64,000 bases of DNA from Candidatus Poribacteria bacterium (GTDB lineage: Bacteria > Poribacteria > WGA-4E > PCPOR2b). Shown here in pieces: positions 29,600 to 39,412 of the stretch. How positions within the stretch are numbered: the first letter of the stretch is position 1; each line of letters opens with the position of its first letter. The notes below the pieces were generated by a model. That model saw only the letters and a program-made list of their open reading frames with translations, had not been told where the DNA came from and made no database searches. The stretch is from NCBI GenBank assembly GCA_965116925.1, contig OZ220744.1, forward strand, positions 4,288,001 to 4,352,000, given 5' to 3'. The position numbers and the translations under genes are program-made.

Positions 29600-30403
29600 A
29601 TGGCTAGCAATCGAACCCCAACTTCCACCTTGAATCTTTTGATCTTATGCGGTTTGGTAGTCTTATTTTCGTTGTTCATCGCTCACCTTCCTGCTTTTGC
29701 AGAAAGCCATGCTGCAGATATTGATATCGAAGCTATTGTCAAACAAATGGACGAACTCTATCGTAGCGAAACGAGCCAGACGAACATGGAGATGCAGATT
29801 GTTACGCCACACTGGGAGAGAACTTTGGCTTTGGAGGTCTGGACGCAGGGGATGGACAAGACCTTCATCTTGATAAACTCACCTAAAAAAGAGAAGGGCG
29901 TTGCGACCTTGCGGATTGGAAATGAGATGTGGAACTATCTCCCCAAGACGAACAAGGTGATGAAAGTGCCACCGTCAATGATGATGGGATCTTGGATGGG
30001 GTCTGATTTTACGAATGATGACCTCGTCAAAGAGTCATCCATGCTCGACGATTACACCTACGAACGCATCACACCGGCGGATGCCCAACCTGACCATCTC
30101 TACATTCAGCTGCTGCCAAAAGAGGATTCACCGATTGTCTGGGGCAAACTTATCGTTGCTATCCGAATGAGTGATCGGATTCCGGTTTGGCAGCATTTCT
30201 ACGACGAAACAGGGCGTCTGACACGAGTTATGAATTTCAAGGAGATCAGATCGTTCGACGGAAAGACTATACCCTCAGTAATGGAGATGATACCGCAGAA
30301 CAAAGAGGGGCACAAGACCGTTGTACGGTTCGTGGACGCCGAGTTTGACAAGGGTATTGACGAAAAAGTCTTTACCCGCCGAAACCTTCAGAAGCGGAGA
30401 TAA
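29600..30403 (+). CDS. Outer-membrane lipoprotein-sorting protein (LolA-like)
   Basis: Signal peptide; P..EKG.ATL, MWNYLP, SWMGSDFTNDDL, FTRRNL. Confidence 0.85.
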   Translation: MASNRTPTSTLNLLILCGLVVLFSLFIAHLPAFAESHAADIDIEAIVKQMDELYRSETSQTNMEMQIVTPHWERTLALEVWTQGMDKTFILINSPKKEKGVATLRIGNEMWNYLPKTNKVMKVPPSMMMGSWMGSDFTNDDLVKESSMLDDYTYERITPADAQPDHLYIQLLPKEDSPIVWGKLIVAIRMSDRIPVWQHFYDETGRLTRVMNFKEIRSFDGKTIPSVMEMIPQNKEGHKTVVRFVDAEFDKGIDEKVFTRRNLQKRR

Positions 30404-30442
30404 ATCAACTTCATTTACGTTTTACGCATTACGTTTTAGACT

Positions 30443-31660
30443 ATGATGACCCTTAAAATTGCATTCCGCAACATCTTCCGTCAAAAACGACGCACAATCC
30501 TAACCGCACTCGCAATGATTGTCGGGTTTACACTCTCGTCCGTGTTTATCGGCTGGTCTGATGGCGCGTATTCCGACATTATTGCGATGTTCACGCAGAA
30601 CCGCATGGGGCATATTCAGGTGCATCGGGGAGACTATCTTGATAAACCGTCGCTCTACAAAACGATGGATAACTACGAGTCGATCGGGGAAACCATCGAA
30701 AGCGTAAAAGGGGTAGAGGCGTGGACGCCGCGGGTTTACTCGGCGGGACTCGGCTCGGTTAGCGAAAAGAGCACCACCGTACAAATCATCGGCGTTGATG
30801 TGGCGCGTGAAGTCGAAGCGACCCGATTTGATCGGAAAATCATTGATGGGAAGGTAATCTCAGCGCATCCGGCGCGTGAAGCGGTCTTAGGGAAGGGGCT
30901 TGCGAGAAACCTTTCTGCAGCAATCGGCGACGAACTCGTGATTGTCTCGCAGGGTGCCGATGGTTCAATCGCTAACGAATTGTATGAGATTGTCGGCATA
31001 GCAGAAAGCGGCGACGACGTCACAGATCGGATGGCGTGTTATCTCCACACTGGGGATGCACAGGAGTTGCTGGTGCTCGAAGGACGCTCCCACGAAATTG
31101 TTGTGATTGTGTCAAACATCAATCGTGTCTACAAAATCACAAAGGCAATCGAAGCTGCTCTTGATGATTCGACGCTCGATGTCGCCCCGTGGCAGGTGGT
31201 CGCCAAGGATTTTTATCGGGCGATGCAGGCGGATAAGCAGGGCGATGCTATCGGACGGATTATTATCATGCTCATCGTTGCTATTGGTGTCCTGAATACG
31301 GTACTGATGTCGGTGCTGGAGCGAACAAGCGAGTACGGTGTGTTGAAGGCGGTCGGAACGAAACCGAGACAGATCTTCTGGTTGGTAGTTTGCGAGGTGC
31401 TGATCATTGCCATCGGCAGCATCGTCGTTGGTGCCGGACTCGGTACTGTGGGCAACTATCTGCTATCGATATATGGCATTACGATGCCACAGGAATTTAC
31501 TTACGGCGGCATCAAATTTCAGACGATGTACGCCGAGGTCAACGTCCGAAGTCTTATTATTCCTGCGATCGCCGTCATTCTGTCGGCAGGGATAGTCAGT
31601 ATATTTCCCGCGTTAAAGGCAGCACGAATTCTGCCAGCTAGGGCAATGCGTGCCCATTGA
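30443..31660 (+). CDS. MacB/FtsX-family ABC transporter permease
   Basis: AFRNIFRQKRRT, GHIQ, NTVLMSVLERT.EYGVLKAVG. Confidence 0.92.
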   Translation: MMTLKIAFRNIFRQKRRTILTALAMIVGFTLSSVFIGWSDGAYSDIIAMFTQNRMGHIQVHRGDYLDKPSLYKTMDNYESIGETIESVKGVEAWTPRVYSAGLGSVSEKSTTVQIIGVDVAREVEATRFDRKIIDGKVISAHPAREAVLGKGLARNLSAAIGDELVIVSQGADGSIANELYEIVGIAESGDDVTDRMACYLHTGDAQELLVLEGRSHEIVVIVSNINRVYKITKAIEAALDDSTLDVAPWQVVAKDFYRAMQADKQGDAIGRIIIMLIVAIGVLNTVLMSVLERTSEYGVLKAVGTKPRQIFWLVVCEVLIIAIGSIVVGAGLGTVGNYLLSIYGITMPQEFTYGGIKFQTMYAEVNVRSLIIPAIAVILSAGIVSIFPALKAARILPARAMRAH

Positions 31661-31723
31661 AATTGATGGTCAAAGGGCAAGACAAATCACTTTATCACGC
31701 ATCACGTTTCACGGTTCAAAACC

Positions 31724-32953
31724 ATGTGGTTAACCCTCATTAAACTGGCTTGGAGAAATCTCTTTCGGAATAAACGGCGCACCATTATCGCTTCGATAGC
31801 GATTGGTATCGGTCTGGCTGCGCTTATCTTTATGGATGCGTTGTGGGTTGGGATGGAGGAGAACATGGTCAAAACTGCCACCGCTTCGTTTCTTGGCGAT
31901 GGGCAGATTCATCGAAAAGACTTCCGTGATACGCAGACAGTCGAAATGACGATCAATCAACTCGATGAAGTAGTCGATGGTCTCTCTCAGGAAGCGATTG
32001 TCGAACAGTTCACACCCCGGACGCTCGCTTTCGGGATGATTACCTCGCCAGCAAACGTCAGCGCAATTAGTCTAGTGGGGGTCCAACCACCGACAGAACG
32101 GTTTTTATCTCAAATCGATGACGCAATTACGGAAGGGGCATACTTTGAAGGGAACAATGACCGCGATATTGTGATTGGCGTGAAGCTGGCAGAGCTGCTT
32201 GAGGTCACTCTCGGCAATCGGGTCGTCGTCACCGTCGCTCAGTCGGAGACAGGTGATCTGTCCCAAGAGATGTTTCGGATTTCAGGGATCTATCATCTCA
32301 GCGGTGATGCAATGAGCGGGGGTATGGCATTTGTGCGGCTGGGAAAAGCCCAGGAGATGCTTGCCATCGGTTCCGGTGTCCATGAAATTGCGGTCAAATT
32401 TACTGACACAAAATACGGACGGGATACAGATCTTCCATTTTGGGAGCACTATTCACAACATGACAACGAAGCATTAGGCTGGACGGAAATTCTACCTCAA
32501 TTACAAGCCATGTTTGAGATGTCCAAGTATAGCAAATACATCATGGGAGTTATTCTCTTTGGTGTTGTTGTATTCGGGATTATCAACACGCTTTTCATGT
32601 CGCTGTATGAACGAATGTTCGAGTTTGGCGTATTGCGTGCCGTAGGGACGCGCCCTTTTGGGATGGCACGACTGATCCTATTTGAAGCTGGAGCATTAGC
32701 GATTGTGAGTATCGTCCTCGGTGCTATCCTCGGTTTCGTCTTGACGTGGATATTCACAAAGGTCGGCATTGATTACACCGGTATTGAAATGATGGGCGTG
32801 ACGATACAGGAGCTTATCTACCCTATCATGACGATTGAACCGTTCATCTTGTATCCGATCTGGGTGTTTATCTTCACCATTATCACTGGGTTGTACCCGG
32901 CTCGATACGCGGCGAAGATAGCCCCGGCGACTGCGATGCGTCGGAGTTTCTAA
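31724..32953 (+). CDS. MacB/FtsX-family ABC transporter permease
   Basis: AWRNLFRNKRRT, NTLFMSLYER..EFGVLRAVG. Confidence 0.92.
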   Translation: MWLTLIKLAWRNLFRNKRRTIIASIAIGIGLAALIFMDALWVGMEENMVKTATASFLGDGQIHRKDFRDTQTVEMTINQLDEVVDGLSQEAIVEQFTPRTLAFGMITSPANVSAISLVGVQPPTERFLSQIDDAITEGAYFEGNNDRDIVIGVKLAELLEVTLGNRVVVTVAQSETGDLSQEMFRISGIYHLSGDAMSGGMAFVRLGKAQEMLAIGSGVHEIAVKFTDTKYGRDTDLPFWEHYSQHDNEALGWTEILPQLQAMFEMSKYSKYIMGVILFGVVVFGIINTLFMSLYERMFEFGVLRAVGTRPFGMARLILFEAGALAIVSIVLGAILGFVLTWIFTKVGIDYTGIEMMGVTIQELIYPIMTIEPFILYPIWVFIFTIITGLYPARYAAKIAPATAMRRSF

Positions 32954-33027
32954 GTCAGCAGGGGCGGTGGAAGAAAAGAGCAGAGGGATCTGTTTCACGG
33001 ATTAGGTTTTGTGCGAGGAGTTTAACA

Positions 33028-33720
33028 TTGACGAATACCGATGTGATTGTCATAGAGAGCATTACGAAGGTATATGAAGGAAATGGTGTGCCCGTCGAAG
33101 CCCTTCGTGGAGTTGATTTGACGATTCAATCAGGGGAGTTCACGGCATTGGTGGGACCGTCTGGGTCAGGGAAAACGACGCTGCTCAACATCATTTCTGG
33201 GTTGGATGCGCCGACAGAAGGGAAGGTCTGGCTATCAGGCAAGCTGCTGTCGGGGATGAGTGGCAATGAGCTGTCCGATTTTCGCCGAGACAACATCGGC
33301 TTCATCTTTCAGGCGTACAACCTCATCCCCGTGCTGACGGTGGAAGAGAACGTGGAATACATTATGCTCTTGCAGCGCGTGTCCAAAGCAGAACGGCATC
33401 GACGCGTTGCCGCAATGCTTGAGGAGGTTGGGCTGGCGGGATTTGCAGACCGAAACCCACCGCAGCTCTCAGGTGGTCAACAACAGCGTGTCGCCATTGC
33501 GCGGGCGATGGTCTCTGAACCTGCGATTATCCTTGCTGATGAACCGACTGCAAACCTCGATTCGAGAACGGGGGCAGACCTACTCGATATGATGAGTCAC
33601 CTCAATACGCAGACAAACATGACGTTCGTATTCTCAACCCATGATCCAATGGTGATGGAGAGGGCGAGACGTTTGATAACGCTGAAGGACGGGCAAGTTG
33701 AGAGTGACGTGGTGAAATAG
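33028..33720 (+). CDS. ABC transporter ATP-binding protein (LolD/MacB-like)
   Basis: GPSGSGKT, LSGGQQQRVAIARA, ADEPTANLD, STHD. Confidence 0.95.
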   Translation: MTNTDVIVIESITKVYEGNGVPVEALRGVDLTIQSGEFTALVGPSGSGKTTLLNIISGLDAPTEGKVWLSGKLLSGMSGNELSDFRRDNIGFIFQAYNLIPVLTVEENVEYIMLLQRVSKAERHRRVAAMLEEVGLAGFADRNPPQLSGGQQQRVAIARAMVSEPAIILADEPTANLDSRTGADLLDMMSHLNTQTNMTFVFSTHDPMVMERARRLITLKDGQVESDVVK

Positions 33721-33734
33721 CGATTTCGCTTTTT

Positions 33735-34007
33735 TCAGTCGTAATGCCCTCTGCATGCCGAAATGATGATTCTACCTTCTTCAACTCTGTAAACAATGCG
33801 ATTCGCCCGATCGATTCGTCTTGACCAGAAACCTGATAAATCGCCTTTCAGTGCCTCTGGTTTTCCTGTTCCACGAAAGGGATCTCGCTGAATTTCCCGA
33901 AGCAGATTGAGGATACGTCGGGTTTTCTTGCGGTCTTGCTGAATCCACCACGCAAGGTCTTCAAACGCTTCGGGTTCAAATTCCAAGTTTCTTGCGGACG
34001 ATCTCAT
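33735..34007 (-). CDS. yoeB: Txe/YoeB-family mRNase toxin
   Basis: PFRGTGKPEALKGDLSGFWSRRID..RIVY..CRGHY. Confidence 0.93.
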   Translation of the reverse strand: MRSSARNLEFEPEAFEDLAWWIQQDRKKTRRILNLLREIQRDPFRGTGKPEALKGDLSGFWSRRIDRANRIVYRVEEGRIIISACRGHYD

Positions 34008-34218
34008 AAGGAATTTCTTCGGTACTGTTTCGGGGTTTCAAAAGTCGATCCCTCATTTTCGGATCACTCAACAGGTATTCCGTTTCTTTTTCTGCGCTTT
34101 CCGATGCGTCCCTGACCATTTCCTCAATGATTTGAGCGACAGTCAGCCCCCGTTGTTCTGCCTGAACGGATAACCATTCGTAATCTTCATTGTTGATCTG
34201 AATAGGAATTGTCTTCAT
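33976..34218 (-). CDS. Antitoxin, 80 aa: RHH-like N-terminus and YefM-like C-terminus
   Basis: MKTIPIQINNEDYEWL..AEQRGLTVAQII followed by ETEYLLSDP; overlaps the toxin start. Confidence 0.8.
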   Translation of the reverse strand: MKTIPIQINNEDYEWLSVQAEQRGLTVAQIIEEMVRDASESAEKETEYLLSDPKMRDRLLKPRNSTEEIPYEIVRKKLGI

Positions 34219-34410
34219 TTTTTGTTTTCCAGTGGAAACTTCCACACCGTTAGGGAGGGGAAGCCACGCTTCTCCTGATATCGATTGGATTTTTTCTAAA
34301 GATACGCCCGACATACATTTATTATACCACAGTCCTAAACCCATGAGCAGGACTATTTTTAGGCATAGTGGATATAGGATTCATTTTCCTGAAACTGGAT
34401 TGAAAAAATC

Positions 34411-35634
34411 GTGAGAAAATTCCCCGTACTTACCGTCTTTCTGATTGTAACCGTGATCGCCGGACCCACCAATGCTGATCTTCAAATCAGTGGATATTAC
34501 AAAAACTTTTCCACGGGTTTGAATCCGCCCTTGCCGGACGAACCAATTATCGGTGCGGTGAACAACCGACTGCGGCTTAATTACGCTTACATCCCCACCG
34601 ATGCGCTTTCGTTTGACCTCTCCTACGATTTCGCGTCCCGTATTCAAGACCCGTCCCTGTTTTCTGATCCGCCAATCGCAGGTGCTGCGGGTTCACTCCA
34701 CCATCGCGTTGTGGATTTTGATACCGCTATCTATCCTGACGGAAATGATCCTGATAGTAGTTTTGGTCTCTTTCACAACCTTGATCGTGCTTCTATTGTG
34801 TATGGTGCTGATTTTGGCGACATCACAATTGGTCGCCAAGCTATCGCGTGGGGGAGTGCGCGGGTCGTGAACCCGACGGATGTCATTGCCCCCTACGCCT
34901 ACAATCAACTGGACACGGAGGATCGAATCGGCGTGGATGCGATTCGGGTTCAGATTCCGATTGGTGTGTTGGGAGAGTTCGATACCGGCTATGTTTTCGG
35001 CGAGAATTTGGCTTTTGAAAAGAGTGCCTTTTTCCTTCGGAGCCAACTGAATGCGCTAGAAACGGACTTCTCAATTTCGCTGTTGGGATTTCGTGAACAT
35101 CTGATGGCAGGCTTTGACATAGCGCGGGGGATCGGTGGTGCCGGATTCTGGCTTGAAGCCGCTTATGTCTACACCAACGCATTCGATAGTAAAAACGGGG
35201 AAGCAGAGAACTATCTCCGGGCATCAATAGGCCTGGACTACAGTTTTAGCGGGGTGTCTTACGGGTTTATCGAATACCATTTCAGCGGCGCAGGGGCAGG
35301 GGAGCCGGGGGATTATCTCGACAACCTAGACCGACTGGCTTACACCGATGGAGCGGTCTACCTCATGGGCAGACACTACTTCGTCCCCGGGCTCACCTTC
35401 CAAATCACACCGCTTATCTCGTTGAGTGGTGTCGTGCTATCGAACGTTTCTGATCCTTCGGTGTTTCCCTCTCTACAGCTTGAATACAACTTCGCACAGG
35501 ATATTTACCTCTCCGCCGGTGGGTTCATCGGAATTGGCACACGTCCTGAAACTGAGGACGACGAAACACAATTCAGATCGGAGTTTGGGGGATACCCAAC
35601 CCTCTTTTTTTCATCGTTCCGGATCTATTTCTGA
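34411..35634 (+). CDS. Outer-membrane beta-barrel protein associated with the LolA-like/ABC operon
   Basis: Signal peptide; LDRA, IGRQAIAWG, NPTD, GVDA; ends in YF. Confidence 0.72.
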   Translation: MRKFPVLTVFLIVTVIAGPTNADLQISGYYKNFSTGLNPPLPDEPIIGAVNNRLRLNYAYIPTDALSFDLSYDFASRIQDPSLFSDPPIAGAAGSLHHRVVDFDTAIYPDGNDPDSSFGLFHNLDRASIVYGADFGDITIGRQAIAWGSARVVNPTDVIAPYAYNQLDTEDRIGVDAIRVQIPIGVLGEFDTGYVFGENLAFEKSAFFLRSQLNALETDFSISLLGFREHLMAGFDIARGIGGAGFWLEAAYVYTNAFDSKNGEAENYLRASIGLDYSFSGVSYGFIEYHFSGAGAGEPGDYLDNLDRLAYTDGAVYLMGRHYFVPGLTFQITPLISLSGVVLSNVSDPSVFPSLQLEYNFAQDIYLSAGGFIGIGTRPETEDDETQFRSEFGGYPTLFFSSFRIYF

Positions 35635-35641
35635 ATCGCCC

Positions 35642-35697
35642 ATGTTAAGAAATCGTGCAACAGAACCCGAGTTTTGAAGAAAAAAAACTCGGGTTCT
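35642..35697 (+). repeat. Palindromic repeat (agaacccgagttt..aaactcgggttct) between convergent genes
   Basis: Same family as 5571-5619 and 49097-49146. Confidence 0.65.
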
Positions 35698-35775
35698 CTT
35701 CGTGCTTTGCACTTTCTTTTTATATGAGCCTTCTGAATCAGAGGACGATCTCGAATGAATCAGGGCATTGTATTT

Positions 35776-37242
35776 TTACGCCTCCCCCTCCCAACGCACG
35801 TTTTTGTAGGGCGAAATTAGAGGGGCTTCCGCCGGTGGGGAAACTAGGTCTCCATCTGTCACCCAGCCGCAATCCCGCGCTGCTAGTTCCGCAACCAAGT
35901 ATCCCTTCCATTTAGCGACTTCAGCCTGATATTCCGGGTGGTCAATCCGGTTATGACACTCTCCAGGATCTTCTTCAAGATCAAAAAACTGAAGTTCATC
36001 GATGCGTGGCAACCAAATCAACTTCCGTTTCCCATCGGTGACATATTGCATCTCTTGTTCATGGGAATAACAGGTACAATGTTCGCCGTGAATGTAAGGA
36101 CGCCAATTCGGGTCGGGCTGCTGTGTTAGCGGGACGACGCTCTGCCCATCAACAGTTTTTGGAACATCGACGCCAGCTGCATTGAGGATAGTCGGCATAA
36201 TGTCGCGCAGTTCGACTACTTCATCGGCTACTTTGCGGGAAGCTGCAGAACCGCGAGTCGGTGGGGTGACAATAAAGGGAATACGAGCACTGCCTTCGTA
36301 GGCGTAGGTTTTGCGCCACAGGTTATGGTCACCAAGCATTTCGCCGTGGTCGGAGGTAAAGATAAACCACGTATCCGCAAAAGTGTCCGGTTGGTGCCGC
36401 CGAAACCAGTTCATCAACCGACCAATTTGGGTGTCGATAAAGGAGATTTCACCGTAGTAGCCAGACCGTGCGCGATGGATTCGTCTTTCTGAGTGTTTTC
36501 CGCGCCATGCGTTGGGGTCAACCGCGACGTCTGGTCTGTCGTGACAGGTAGCCCAGTCGCCGACAGACGGAGACGGTGTCGTACCATTATGATACATCTC
36601 GAAATAGGGTGCGGGCGGTACAAAGGGAGAGTGTGGTCGAGCGAAGGAGATATTGAGGAAAAAAGGACGTTCCCGATCCCGTTGGGAGAGGAAATGGGTC
36701 GCACGGCTCATCGTCCATGACGTTGGATGCAGGTACTCTTCGGTGTGCCACGGGCGGGAAACCCAAGAGTTCCAATCAACGCCGTGGTCATCGGGTGTGA
36801 TGTCGCGCCGTTTTTCCGCATCAAACCAAGTGCGGTATTCGTCCTTCAGGCCGTGGCGCAACATCCGTCCGGATTCGTCTAACTCTTGGCTTTCAAACCC
36901 CATCTTGGCGCGTTGGGGAGTGAAGTGTCCTTTCCCGATGAGGTGCGTCCGGTAGCCTGCACCGGTCAATTCACCTGCCAATGTGTGTGGGAAGTCGTTT
37001 GGGATCGGTCCCTGTCCGCCCCCCATACCGAGGATGCCGGTATGCCATTGGTTCATCCCCGTCATCAGCGTTGCCCGCGCCGGGATGCAGGAAGGGGAGG
37101 CGGTATAAGCGTGTCGAAACCGGGTTCCGCGGGCGGCAAGGTAATCAAGGTTCGGTGTCTCAATATAGGTGTTGCCGTCAGCACCTATGCAATCACCGCG
37201 CATCTGGTCTACCATCATAAGAATGACATTAGGGCGGTTCAT
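35776..37242 (-). CDS. Formylglycine-dependent sulfatase (Cys-type)
   Basis: PNVILMMVDQ, TPNLD, CIPAR (CxPxR), GKGH, PH, SDHG. Confidence 0.95.
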   Translation of the reverse strand: MNRPNVILMMVDQMRGDCIGADGNTYIETPNLDYLAARGTRFRHAYTASPSCIPARATLMTGMNQWHTGILGMGGGQGPIPNDFPHTLAGELTGAGYRTHLIGKGHFTPQRAKMGFESQELDESGRMLRHGLKDEYRTWFDAEKRRDITPDDHGVDWNSWVSRPWHTEEYLHPTSWTMSRATHFLSQRDRERPFFLNISFARPHSPFVPPAPYFEMYHNGTTPSPSVGDWATCHDRPDVAVDPNAWRGKHSERRIHRARSGYYGEISFIDTQIGRLMNWFRRHQPDTFADTWFIFTSDHGEMLGDHNLWRKTYAYEGSARIPFIVTPPTRGSAASRKVADEVVELRDIMPTILNAAGVDVPKTVDGQSVVPLTQQPDPNWRPYIHGEHCTCYSHEQEMQYVTDGKRKLIWLPRIDELQFFDLEEDPGECHNRIDHPEYQAEVAKWKGYLVAELAARDCGWVTDGDLVSPPAEAPLISPYKNVRWEGEA

Positions 37243-37526
37243 CGAAAAGCTCCTTTTATATTGATCCGTGCCTTATCAAGCGAGTCGTTAAATCGTTAGA
37301 ACAGTTTTGATCGGGTGCAACAGTGGTATGCACAACCCTATCGGGAAATTCGACGCCTATCTTCTTAGATTGAATCGGCTATGCCAATATAATCAACGCA
37401 TTTGTGGCGGATGTCAAGCAGATTTTCGATTGTTGGACACATTTTTGAAGAAAGTCGGTAATTGGGGCATAGGGCAAAGGTTTAATGGATTAGTGTGGAA
37501 TATCATAGCAGGGAGATGATACAATA

Positions 37527-37777
37527 ACCGAAGTTGCTACCATATTTTCCACTTGGAATTGGACAAAAAGTAACGCGCAATGAATTGCGCTACTACGAAC
37601 CTGTGCGTGCAATTATATGCTGCGAAGTAATCGCAGGTTAGCCTACCCCGGTTATATTGGTGGCAGGTATGCGCCGATCACAGATTAGGAAATCTGTGGC
37701 TACGAGAGCGATGGTTCAGGCATAGGGAGCCTCAGATTGGGATTCAAAGCAATATATCTATCACTAGCAACCTGCGT
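37527..37777. mobile_element. Degenerate IS982-TIR-bounded element carrying REPs
   Basis: accgaagttgctac...ctagcaacctgcgt; no target duplication visible; internal palindromes ending ctac. Confidence 0.5.
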
Positions 37778-37834
37778 TAACTTAACCGAGTATTGACGTG
37801 AAATTGGGGTCTATCAGAAGCGAGGGAGAATTAT

Positions 37835-39289
37835 ATGACAGACAAGGGAACTGCCTATCTGTTTATTAACGATGCACACATAGAGAGCCTTGAGGGTGCT
37901 ACAAAAGGCGTTGTTCCGGCGCAGAAGGTGTCTGATGAGCCGTTGATTGAGAAAAGCGAACCTTGGGAGGATGAGTGGCGCATTGGCAGCTACATCAACG
38001 TGATCTACGACGACGAGGACGCCCTTTTCAAGATGTGGTATGGCGTGGGACGAAGATTAAGCGACGCTCGCGGCGAAGAAGCGGATGGACTCGCCTATGC
38101 TGTTTCACGAGATGGCTACCATTGGGAAAAGCCCATCCTCAACCTCGTCGAGGACAACGGGAGCAAAGCGAATAACCTCGTCTTTCCGATGTTCAGGTGG
38201 GGTGCGGGCACCGGAGTCATGAAGGATCCCATTGAGCTAGACCCCGCCAAGCGATACAAAATGCTCTTTATGTTCCAGAGTGCGTCAATGAGGTTTGCCG
38301 GGATCGTTCAGCCGGTTTGTGTTGCGTATTCGTCCGACGGGATTAATTGGAACGTTCCTAAATACTGGCTCAACCCGGTCATCCCAGAGGGGTCGGACAC
38401 GCATTTGGTCGCTTATTGGGATCCCCAACTCCATAAGTACGTTGTTTACCTGCGAGGTAGGCCGAACGTCCGGCTTATCTGCATGTCTGAGAGCGATGAT
38501 TTTGAAAGCTGGACGCCGCGAGAGATTATCGTCCAACCCGACGCACAAGATCCCCCGCAGGACCACGAGTTCTACGGTATGAGTTCGCTGGCGTATCGCG
38601 ATTTTCGGGTTGGATTCCTGTCTGTGTTCCACACACTCAACGAGGGTTGGATCGCCCAGAATCAGATTGAACCGTGGATGCCCGAATGGATGAACCAGAT
38701 GGACGTTCAACTTACGTACTCGAAGGACGGTCGGACGTGGCATCGTGCGGGTGCGCGTGAACGGATTTTGGTCTGTGGCCCGCGCGGCAGTTTTGATTCT
38801 GGGTGTGTTTATCCCCCACATGCTCCCTTTGTACGTGGCGAGGAGATCTGGGTCTATTATGGTGGTTCAAACGACCTACACGGCGAACCTCCTCGCCATG
38901 GTGAGCCGACCCGCCGCGGGATAAGCCTAGCTAAGATTCAGAAGGATCGATTGGTCTGTCTAAAAGCAGAGAAAGAGGGGCTTGTGACCACGACATCTCT
39001 CAGCATCAGGCCGGATTCGCTGTGGATAAACGCCGATGCTACGGGAGGGTCATTGCAGGTGGAGTTAGTAGATCCCTTTGACCGGGTGATCTCTGGTTTC
39101 TCCAAAGATGACTGTGTGCCTTTTACTGGCGATGAAACGGAACATCGGGTGATATGGAAGGACGATCGGAAGGCATCGGCAGGCACCGGCACTGACGGTC
39201 TTGAGGATAAGATGGTTTCTCAATCGGCAGGACTCTTCAAAGTCAGGGTCTACCTCAACAACGCCAAACTTTTTGCGCTTTATTCGTAG
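37835..39289 (+). CDS. Beta-propeller glycosidase-like protein (GH32/GH130-like fold)
   Basis: FKMWY; Asp-box-like SRDGYHW, SSDGINW, SDDFESW, SKDGRTW; IWVYYGG; C-terminal LWINAD sandwich. Confidence 0.65.
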   Translation: MTDKGTAYLFINDAHIESLEGATKGVVPAQKVSDEPLIEKSEPWEDEWRIGSYINVIYDDEDALFKMWYGVGRRLSDARGEEADGLAYAVSRDGYHWEKPILNLVEDNGSKANNLVFPMFRWGAGTGVMKDPIELDPAKRYKMLFMFQSASMRFAGIVQPVCVAYSSDGINWNVPKYWLNPVIPEGSDTHLVAYWDPQLHKYVVYLRGRPNVRLICMSESDDFESWTPREIIVQPDAQDPPQDHEFYGMSSLAYRDFRVGFLSVFHTLNEGWIAQNQIEPWMPEWMNQMDVQLTYSKDGRTWHRAGARERILVCGPRGSFDSGCVYPPHAPFVRGEEIWVYYGGSNDLHGEPPRHGEPTRRGISLAKIQKDRLVCLKAEKEGLVTTTSLSIRPDSLWINADATGGSLQVELVDPFDRVISGFSKDDCVPFTGDETEHRVIWKDDRKASAGTGTDGLEDKMVSQSAGLFKVRVYLNNAKLFALYS

Positions 39290-39296
39290 TGTTGCC

Positions 39297-39397
39297 TATA
39301 GTGAGTCTTAGAATTAATGAGACACTCCAAACCGGTGCGGTTGGAAACCGCACCTACCGGGGGCGAAAGTGTCTATTTATTTTTTGAATTCACCATA
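39297..39397. mobile_element. TA-flanked MITE, short form (101 bp)
   Basis: Same shell as the long form, without the 118-bp inner insert. Confidence 0.8.
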
Positions 39398-39412
39398 AAT
39401 CGTTCCTAGAGG

